This document shows positions 1 through 8,266 of a stretch of 51,043 nucleotides of DNA, piece after piece; the first letter of the stretch is position 1; each line of letters begins with the position of its first letter. Both the position numbers and the translations under genes were made by a program. The notes beneath the pieces were generated by a model that was given only the letters and a program-made list of their open reading frames with translations, ran no database searches and was not told where the DNA came from. The DNA comes from Desulfobacterales bacterium (GTDB taxonomy: Bacteria; Desulfobacterota; Desulfobacteria; Desulfobacterales; UBA5616): NCBI GenBank assembly GCA_046483495.1, contig JAWODC010000078.1:1-51043 (forward strand), read 5' to 3'.

Positions 1-1
1 C

Positions 2-170
2 TACAACGAAGGATCTGTACAAGCTCAACATATGACTGAGGAATTCTTCGATTACGTATATCTGGGCAGGGGTGATATCGAAGAAGTGTCGGAGATCACT
101 GGATTGAAAGAAGAAATCATCGAGCAGGTTCGAAGAGACTTCGAATACTGGTATCCTCTCAACCTCAACC
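2..170 (+). CDS. leuS: Internal fragment of an archaeal-type leucyl-tRNA synthetase (partial at both ends)
   Basis: Frame 2 reads YNEGSVQAQHMTEEFFDYVYLGRGDIEEVSEITGLKEEIIEQVRRDFEYWYPLNLN, matching the archaeal LeuRS segment EFFDY.FLG...EF.YWYPLD; similarity stops at ~170. Confidence 0.75.
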
Positions 171-1763
171 GTGCTCTTCGAATTCAAGCAGTGGGACCGG
201 TGCCTTCCCTCGTACGTTCCTGACCTTGTGACGATCGGTGGCGTTGATCACCTCCATCCGTCCGCACAGGTACTTTCTTACGAGCGGTACTTGGCCGACA
301 CGCACGAAGCATTTGTTGATGGGCAAGTTGAGCTATCGAGCTGCGCCTATCTGCACAATGTGCCTTCTGCCGCTAATTCATTCTTTTTCGAGCCCTCCTA
401 TGCGGACCTCTTGGACGCGTCACCTGCTTTCTGTCTTGAGACTGTAGAAGATCTGGCCCGCTTCGCGGGAGAGAAGACACGGTTTGGTGCCTCGCAACAG
501 CTTGTCGGTAGCGTGTTGCACGGTCGCTATAGACCTAGCAAGGCGCTTCTCAACTATGTAGCTGACGCCATTGAAGGATACGAACCCTGGCAACTACTGG
601 ACGAGCAGCTCGTCGTGTACAACCGCATTCTCGCTGAGATCCAGCAGGCGCAGGAAAGCGGTGAGAAGAGAGTCATCATCGCGTCAGGGGGGCCAGGAAC
701 CGGCAAGAGCGTGATCGCCGTGCAGGTTCTCGGGGCAGCTGCCCGCAAGCACTACACTGTAGCCCACGCGACCGGATCGAAAGCGTTCACGACGAATCTT
801 CGGGGGATCGTGCGCACCAAGGCTCCGTTTCTCTATACCCACAATTTCCGAGATACTCCTCGCGGAGACATAGACCTCATCGTCTGTGATGAGGCCCATC
901 GGCTGCGAGCGAGAACGCAATTTGGCCCTATGATCTACTCTGACCGACCGCAGGCTGAAGAGATCATAGATGCCGCAAAGGTGTCTGTATTCCTCCTGGA
1001 CCAGCACCAGAGTGTCCGTAAGAATGAGATGGGCTCAGTGTCTGTCATCAAGGGCTATGCAGAAAGCCTAGGCATCCCAGTCAGTCTCTATGACCTGGAC
1101 ACCCAGTTTAGATGCGCGGGCAGCGAATCATACATCAGGTGGATTGAATATGTCCTTGGACTGAGCGAGGAGCCTTCCTACGCTTGGAAGCGCAATGACG
1201 AGTATGAGGTGAAGGTCTTCGATCAGGTGGAGGAAATGGAGACTGCCCTGCGCCAGCGACGCAAGGGGGGCAATACGGCTCGAATGGTGGCCGGATTCTG
1301 CTGGGACTGGTCGGATCCCAAGCCCAGTGGCGAACTGGTTCACGACGTCGTCGTCGGTAGTTGGTCCAAGCCTTGGAACCGCAAGCCCAGGGACATGTGG
1401 AAGAATCGAGGAGCCGCGCCGAAGCCCGAAGTCCATCCGTATAAGATCTGGGCGACGGAACCCGCTGGGTTTGAGGAAGTGGGTTGCATCTACTCTGCTC
1501 AGGGCTTTGAGTTTGACTACGTCGGCGTAATCTGGGGACCGGACCTGCAATGGGATCCCCGAACTGGTTCCTGGTCTGCGAACTTGGGCGCCAGCAAAGA
1601 CCGCGGAGGCAAGAGAGGCCTCACGAAGAATCCAGCACTTGCAGTCGAGAAGCTCTCGCACATATATCGGGTTCTCAGCACGCGCGGTATGAAGGGTACC
1701 TACTTCTATCATATTGATGAGGCCACCCGGTGTCGGTTCAAATGTCTGATTGCTGAATCGTAG
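171..1763 (+). CDS. DUF2075 / Schlafen group 3-like DNA/RNA helicase domain protein (5' truncated)
   Basis: Starts directly at the VLFEFKQW motif (normally internal); Walker A GGPGTGKS, DEAHR, QFRCAGS, GCIYSAQGFEFDYVGVI, YRVLSTRGMKG. Confidence 0.85.
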   Translation: MLFEFKQWDRCLPSYVPDLVTIGGVDHLHPSAQVLSYERYLADTHEAFVDGQVELSSCAYLHNVPSAANSFFFEPSYADLLDASPAFCLETVEDLARFAGEKTRFGASQQLVGSVLHGRYRPSKALLNYVADAIEGYEPWQLLDEQLVVYNRILAEIQQAQESGEKRVIIASGGPGTGKSVIAVQVLGAAARKHYTVAHATGSKAFTTNLRGIVRTKAPFLYTHNFRDTPRGDIDLIVCDEAHRLRARTQFGPMIYSDRPQAEEIIDAAKVSVFLLDQHQSVRKNEMGSVSVIKGYAESLGIPVSLYDLDTQFRCAGSESYIRWIEYVLGLSEEPSYAWKRNDEYEVKVFDQVEEMETALRQRRKGGNTARMVAGFCWDWSDPKPSGELVHDVVVGSWSKPWNRKPRDMWKNRGAAPKPEVHPYKIWATEPAGFEEVGCIYSAQGFEFDYVGVIWGPDLQWDPRTGSWSANLGASKDRGGKRGLTKNPALAVEKLSHIYRVLSTRGMKGTYFYHIDEATRCRFKCLIAES

Positions 1764-1789
1764 AGTCCAGCTCGATTGTGAAGGACACC

Positions 1790-4531
1790 ATGACAGACGA
1801 ATCCGCCGCTCCGAGCTTGAACGTTACAAGCCTAAGCCAGTACGTCCGCCTGGAGAACTGTGAGCGTTACCTGCGCTTTCGCCTGCGTCCTGACGAGGCA
1901 AAGGCGATGCTCGAAAGATGGAACCTCACCATCCAGCCACTCACGCCGTTGCTCAAGGAGGCCGGTGTCGCGTTCGAGCGCGACGTGGCCGAGCGGGTAG
2001 CGGCGCGGGGCGAAGAGGTTGTTTCCCTTGAGGGCCAGGATGTAGGGGCCACAGTACAGCAGCTTCGAACTGCGCGCCAGCCAACGGTTCTGCTACAGCC
2101 GTCTCTGGAAGCGCCGCTGGGTCGCTACCTTTGCAACGGGCGAGCTGACGTGGTCCGTCTCGAACGCGACCGGAAGAACCGGTTGCGCGTCATCGTGTCC
2201 GACGTCAAGGCCAGCCGGCACGAGCGCATGGAGCACCGTCTCCAGGTGGCTACGTACGCCCGGATGATCGAGTGGCTGGCGGGCGAGGACGGCGTACCGC
2301 TGGGTGATATCGACGGGGTGGTGCTCCACATTCAAGAAGATGGAACCATACCCACCCTTGACCCGGATGGTCCCTTTTTCGATCTGGAGACCTACACAAC
2401 CATCCTGGAGAGGCTGGCCATAGATCCAGATTCGGTGGTGAATCGAATTCTGGAACTGCCATTTAGGGAGGTCTCTTACCATCTGGGGTACAAGTGCGAC
2501 GGATGTCTGTACAATGCGATCTGCATGTATGACACCGCCGAGCGCCTGGATCTCTCGCTGGTGCCGTACATCTCGGCAGTGGAGAAACGGGTCCTCCGCA
2601 GCGCAGGGATCGAAACAGTACCCGAACTAGCTTCTCTCATGACCTTGCCCAAGCGTGGCTCAGGCAGGTACGAGTTGGAAGTTGCGCCAGGGCAAGAGGA
2701 GAAGGTTGACGCCCTCGCCAACCAGTGGCCTGTAGGTGCGAATCTGCCGCTACTCGTCCAGCGTGCCCGCATGGCCTGGCAGCGTTTTGACAGAAGCGTT
2801 GAGGCGGCTCCCTTCGTCTTCAACAGCGGCTTCGGCACCCTCCCAGTCGATAATGAGCACCCGAATCTCGTGAAGGTGTTCTTCGACGCCCAGCGGGACT
2901 ACCTTCAAGACCGCGCCTACCTAATCAGCGCCCTGGTAGATGGGCCCCTCGATGAGCGCGTCGTCGTGCGCTGCACAGAAGACAGACCCACCGAGGAGAG
3001 CGAGCGTGCCCTCCTTATCGGCTGGGTGATGGACGTGCTGGCGGCCATCCGCGAAGTCTCAGCAGGCGACAGTGCGCCCATTCATTTCTACTGCTACAAC
3101 CGGTACGACCAGCGGGTGCTGCTCGAGTCCCTCAAGAGGCATCTCGAACAGGTAGCCGCACTGCCGGCCTTCTTCGACCTGATGACGCAGAGCCCAGCAG
3201 TCGAGCAGCCCATTATCTCGTTTCTCTCGAGCGAGATCGAGGACCGAAAGAATCTAGGGATCGTGTGCACGCCGCTCCATGATGCGGCCCGATGGCTTGG
3301 GTTTGACTGGAGAGACAAGCAGTACGCTCACTTCCGACTGTTCCGCGCTCGTCTCTTCGACAACCGCCGCAACCTGATCCGCAGGCCGGACGGAAGGTTG
3401 GTACGTCCCACTGCCGACGGCCCCACAGATGACGGGAATCGCATCAGAATCGAGGCCGCCAGCCGATTCAACTCACAGATCCCACTTGAGTATGCCTATG
3501 CAGCGTGGGATCGCCTTCCAGAGGACGCGGATGACGAGCATCTGCTGGAGCCGTTTCGCCGGGTCTCGCTGGAGCAGCTAAAGGCATTCGCCGCGCACCG
3601 TGCTCGGGCGCTGGCGCATATTGAGGATTCATTCAGCCGCAAGGCCAAGTACCTGGATAAGCCGAGTCTTCACCTCCCATCGCTGGGTGTACCGCCGACG
3701 GAGGATCCGCCACTGTCCCGAAGTCTGGAGGAGTTCCTGTTTATGGAGCACCACACGGCGCTTCAGGACAAGCTCCTCACGTACGGGAAGTCGATTGACC
3801 GTCGGGCTCAGACGGGTCTTGCCCTGCTGCTGCGATATGAGGGCCAGTACCGGGGTGACGGCGTGTATCGTTTCACCATCGATTTCGACGCCATGGGACT
3901 AGAGCCGACGCTGACAATGAATGCCTTCCGGCTCAAGGAGGGCGGCTGGATTGTGATCAACAAGGCCGATCCCTCTCCCTCGGCAAGCCAGATCAAGAAG
4001 GGGCGGCTGGGGATCATCCAGGACGTAGACGCTCACTGGATCGACATAGATCTCCTTGACATCAGCTTCTGGCACTCTCGATTTCGATACAGACACAATG
4101 CGGATCTGGAGCCCAAGCCCGGAGAGCGATACACTCTGGACGAGATGGCGGACAACATGAACGCGGACAAGATGCGGGAGGCATTGCTCAACGCGGAGTC
4201 AAACGTCCTCTATCAGTGGTTGTGTGAGACGCCTGACGGGCGGCCGGTGGACCATGCCCAGTTTTACACCCGCTTCGCCGATCTGATCGACCAACTTGAG
4301 AAACCGAAGAAGCTCACGAGGAGGCAGCGCGAGGTCGTAGTGGAGAGGCTTGAGGATCCCCTGTTCTTGGTACAGGGTCCCCCAGGCACGGGCAAGAGCC
4401 ATACGCTCTCATGGGCGGTGCTGGCCCGGCTCGCAGCGCGCGGGGCACAGGGGCATCCCTTCCGCGTCGCTGTCTCGTCCAAAACGCATAACGCGGTCAA
4501 CATCGTCGTCGGCACCATCGCCGAGAAGCTG
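1790..4531 (+). CDS. RecB/Cas4-like (PD-(D/E)XK, Fe-S staple) nuclease fused to HhH, RNase H-like and SF1 (DNA2/NAM7-like) helicase domains; TM0106-like; 3' truncated
   Basis: N-terminal Cys (ENCERY), GRADVV..VSDVKAS..RLQVATY nuclease motifs, KCDGCLYNAIC Cys cluster, VFFDAQRD, QREVV, Walker A QGPPGTGKS, motif Ia SSKTHNAV; helicase motifs II-VI absent because of the breakpoint. AAGGA RBS before ATG 1790 (ORF track starts at GTG 1778). Confidence 0.8.
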
Positions 4532-5924
4532 GGGTATGAAGCCCCTCCCTGAATGAAAGGGCCTCCTTGAAGGAGGCCCGGGTCAACACTTCAGACAGGC
4601 GACGGTCCTCGGATGTATCGGATGTAAACGCAATATTGTCCCGAAGTGTGCCGGCAAAAAGAACGGGTTCTTGCGGCATGTGGGAAATGGCGGACCTGAG
4701 GTCCTCCAGGTGAATGTCCCGGATATCGATTTCATCCACACGTATTCGTCCTTCGGTGGTGTCGTAAAGTCGTGGAATAAGGTTCAACAGCGTGCTTTTT
4801 CCTGCTCCCTGGGGACCGACGATGCCGATGATGTGTTTTGGAGACAAGGTGAAATTGATGCCTGTAAGCGCCGGAAAATTCCTGCCGGGATAAGTAAAAC
4901 CGACATTCTCGAATTTTATGGCGCCCTGCGGCGAAGTCAGGCGGACGGCCGTCGGCGCATCTTCGATTTCGGGCCGGATCATGAGGATGGCATGAATCCG
5001 GTCCAGTGAGGCACGTCCCCGCTGGATGAGGTTCGTTACCCAACCCATGGCCATCAAAGGCCAGGTCAGCAGCCCCAAATAATTGATAAAGGCAACAAAG
5101 TCGCCCGTTGTAATGGCGGCCAGGATGGTCAGGCGCCCGCCGAAGAAAAGGACCAGCGTCAAACTCAAATTCGAGAAAAACAGCATCATGGGGAAAAATG
5201 ACCCGGTGATGCGGACCAACCGGATGTTTTTATCGATGTAGTCGTTCGAAACAGCGGCCATTTCGGCCAACGCTTCAGGTTCACGGTTGAATGCCTTGAT
5301 GATGCGGATTCCGGAAAACCTTTCCCGTACAGCTTCGGTTAGATCCGCAAAGGCCGCCTGGACTTGTTGATACCGTTTATGCATTTTTTTGCTGAACATA
5401 CGCGATCCGAAGATGATCAACGGCATGGGAATAAAAACCAGCAATGTCAGCTTTACATCGATATAGGCCATGAATCCGATCGCCGCGATGCCGAGAAACA
5501 CCGCATCGGTCAGGGCCACCATCCCCATACCGGAAGCCATGCGGATATGTTGCATGTCATTGGTGGCATGGGCCATGAGGTCCCCTGTTTTGACGGAATC
5601 GAAGTAGGACGGTGAAAGGGTTTGCAAATGGGCGAAAAGACTGTTTCTCAGCCCCTCTTCCATTTTCCTCGAGGTGCCGAATAATGACCACCGGGCGACA
5701 TATCGCATCACAGCGATGACAGCCGACAGGCCCACGATTATGCCGGCGTAGTTTAAAAGTTCGGTAAACGTCACCCGGTTTGCCGTTAAACCGTCTACCG
5801 CATTTTTCACGATTCGGGGGATGAAAAGGGTAAGAATGTCCAGAAGGATGAGACCGGCGATGCCGGAAATCAGAGTGATGCGGTTTTCCTTGAAGTACGG
5901 TTTGATAAGGTCGGTCGATTTCAT
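4530..5924 (-). CDS. ABC exporter (MdlA/MsbA-like, fused TMD-NBD), 3' truncated
   Basis: Multi-TM N-terminal domain, Walker A GPQGAGKS, Q-loop MPQEPVLF; breaks after REGLHTP, just before the expected LSGGQ signature and Walker B. Confidence 0.88.
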
Positions 5925-6312
5925 AGAAAAATAATTCTAGCATACCGGAAAAGTGAATAAAAGGCTTTTCATCGGCAAAGCCCCTTCGCGCATGCCGGTT
6001 ATACGGCGCCGTTTGCACACAGGGTGCCCGCATCATGCGAAGGGTTTTTTGTCAAGTCGGCTGAAGGCGGGTTTGCCTCTGCAAAACGAACGATCGGAAT
6101 GGGTTGCGGTCAGTGACGTCTATCATCAAAAAGCGTTTTTTTTGCGCTTTTCAGTTGCATTTATGTTCAGTTTGGAATAATTAAACTATTAATCATGAAA
6201 AGCCGTCATCAGACGGATAAGTTTCGACTTATAGGGTAAAGATCCATTTGTCACAAGTGGTCGCCTGAAGTTTGGAACCGTGAGAAATTATCGGAAAGGA
6301 GGTGAATCACAG

Positions 6313-6516
6313 ATGGCAAATGGAATCGTAAAATGGTTCAACAGCACCAAGGGGTATGGATTTATAGAACAGGAAGACGGCGGCAAAGATGTTTTTGTCC
6401 ACCATTCGGCAATCCAGGCAATCGGTTTTAAATCTCTGAATGAAGGTGACCGGGTTACCTTCGATATCGAGCAGGGCAATAAAGGTCTCGCCGCTGCAAA
6501 TGTCAAGGTTGTCTGA
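6313..6516 (+). CDS. cspA: Cold-shock protein (CspA family), 67 aa
   Basis: VKWFN..KGYGFI (RNP1), DVFVHHSAI (RNP2); GGAGGT RBS at 6298-6303. Confidence 0.96.
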   Translation: MANGIVKWFNSTKGYGFIEQEDGGKDVFVHHSAIQAIGFKSLNEGDRVTFDIEQGNKGLAAANVKVV

Positions 6517-6530
6517 TCTATCCAGTTAGA

Positions 6531-6667
6531 ATCCATCCGGAAATAGGAAAATCCGCTTCAGTTCATTGCAGCCGAAAAATATTAACCACAGGAATACGTT
6601 ACGTATTTTGAGGGGAAATTTTCCGGCCGGTGCCGAAATGGAGCGAATCAGCCGTTTCCGGATGGAT
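6531..6667. repeat. Palindromic dispersed repeat (MITE/REP-like), copy 1
   Basis: Perfect 13-bp terminal inverted repeat ATCCATCCGGAAA (6531-6543) / TTTCCGGATGGAT (6655-6667); shares GCCGAAATGGAGCGAATCAGCC with copies at 34443 and 43331. Confidence 0.85.
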
Positions 6668-6674
6668 ACGCGGC

Positions 6675-6707
6675 AAGGCATTCCATCATGAATGGAATGC
6701 CTTTTTT
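6675..6707 (+). terminator. Intrinsic terminator of csp transcript
   Basis: Perfect 12-bp stem AAGGCATTCCAT / ATGGAATGCCTT with 5-nt loop, followed by a T-run. Confidence 0.85.
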
Positions 6708-6740
6708 GTCGGTCCTCCGGCATCATTCTTAGAACCGGTT

Positions 6741-7226
6741 TTAGAAATAACGTGCCATTACTACGATGCTCAAAATCATCAACAGCAGCGCAAGGGAGCT
6801 GCTGATGACAACGACACTCCTGAATTTTTCTTTGATCCGTTGCCGTTTTTCTGCTCTTTCGGCCTGCTTTTTTTCATCCTGTTCCATGGTAATCAGCGCA
6901 TAGTTGATGAGGCTCCAATACAAAGGTGCCATCATGATCAGCAGCAGCAGGTTTATCGACATCGTATTAGGGTACAGGTATAAAAAACATGCCGCTTCCC
7001 AGATCAAAAAAGCCGGGACAAACAGTTTCCACAGGGTCTGAGAGGCTGTTTGCTTTGCATAGGCATATCCATACAAGGGGATCAACGAAAGATAGATGAA
7101 AATGGTGTTGATCAAACCCTTAAACGTGTCCAGTTCCTGCGTCGTTGCCACCATCGATGTCTGAACGATCAGCAGAAGCCAGAAATAGACCTGGATGTAG
7201 ATGCGTTCAATGAGATCTTCTTTCAT
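6741..7226 (-). CDS. Hypothetical integral membrane protein, 161 aa
   Basis: About five hydrophobic segments with a charged helical linker; GAAGGGA RBS-like sequence upstream; no family recognised. Confidence 0.7.
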   Translation of the reverse strand: MKEDLIERIYIQVYFWLLLIVQTSMVATTQELDTFKGLINTIFIYLSLIPLYGYAYAKQTASQTLWKLFVPAFLIWEAACFLYLYPNTMSINLLLLIMMAPLYWSLINYALITMEQDEKKQAERAEKRQRIKEKFRSVVVISSSLALLLMILSIVVMARYF

Positions 7227-7479
7227 CGGATCCGTTTCCCTTCACCGGAGTTCTTGCCACCTTAGCCGAAATAAAACCACAGGACCGTCTTGAGGGTCAA
7301 CAAATAGTTGATGAACCTGTAATTCCGACTTGGAAAGCGGCTGCTTATTCAGGTACTGCGGTTTTTCGGGCTCGAAAATTTTTTCCGGATTCGACTATGG
7401 GTATCTGGTCTGCTCAGAGCGCATCGAACGCCGGCGAACGGCCGGAACAAGTCTGCTGTTCGTATGAAAACGCAAAAAG

Positions 7480-7509
7480 TTGACGATACGAGTTAAATGC
7501 CGATATTAT
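7480..7509 (+). promoter_or_regulatory. Putative sigma70 promoter upstream of the khpA leader
   Basis: TTGACG (7480-7485), 18 bp, TATTAT (7504-7509). Confidence 0.5.
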
Positions 7510-7811
7510 TATTAATTGCATTTGAAGCGAACTTCAGATAATATTTGTTTTATCCGTTGCATCCGTTGTAGAACCGCACCGGATCCGCGGAAATGTTGCA
7601 ATTGCCTGGCATCACGGAGGACCCGGCCGCCGGATCACAGGCATATGCATAGGGACGCTATGCGGATGCTGCTGTATCCGGAGGGTTTTCGAGGTCCTTA
7701 CTTTTAAAATCGGTCGAAAACGAAACGGTGCCTCGTGGAAATGAAATCGGAATATGTTTCAGTCGATCCCGTCCACCCCGATCCATCCGCGAAACCAGAC
7801 AGGAAAAGGAC

Positions 7812-8042
7812 ATGAAAGATTTGATCAAACACATCGTACAGGCAATGGTCGATTACCCCGAACAAGTTGAGATTACCGAGATCAAAGGACAGAACACTAC
7901 CGTACTGGAGCTCCGGGTAGCGAAATCGGATCTTGGTAAGGTGATCGGAAAAAAAGGAAACAACGCCAAGGCTATCCGGGACATCCTATATGCGGCTTCC
8001 GCTAAAAAAAGAACGCGGGTGACGCTCGAAATCGTAGAGTAA
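7812..8042 (+). CDS. khpA: KH-domain RNA-binding protein (KhpA/YlqC family), 76 aa
   Basis: MKDLIKHIVQAMVDYPEQV...LELRVAKSDLGKVIGKKG..AKAIR; GxxG loop GKKG; AGGA RBS. Confidence 0.92.
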   Translation: MKDLIKHIVQAMVDYPEQVEITEIKGQNTTVLELRVAKSDLGKVIGKKGNNAKAIRDILYAASAKKRTRVTLEIVE

Positions 8043-8266
8043 GCGCAACCGCCCCGTTGATAAGGCGGCGAATCCAATTGTCGAGCAGCTGCCTCTGCAC
8101 CATCCATTTGTGTTTTCGTCCGCCCGGAAATCGGACACACATGCCTTCGAATCATTTCCCTGAGTTGATTTTTTTCCGGAACATGATACATACCCTAAAT
8201 ACAGATTCAATCCGGTTCATTTCCCTTTATTAACGTTCACCAACGAAAACGAAATCGGTGGCTCGC

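Noticed and set aside
32..223. 63-aa ORF as a small stand-alone gene
   Set aside because: It is an internal LeuRS segment reading through the junction into out-of-frame DUF2075 sequence.
1790..2530. Cas4-like domain as evidence of a CRISPR-Cas locus
   Set aside because: No repeat-spacer array or other cas genes are visible, and the domain is fused to a helicase.
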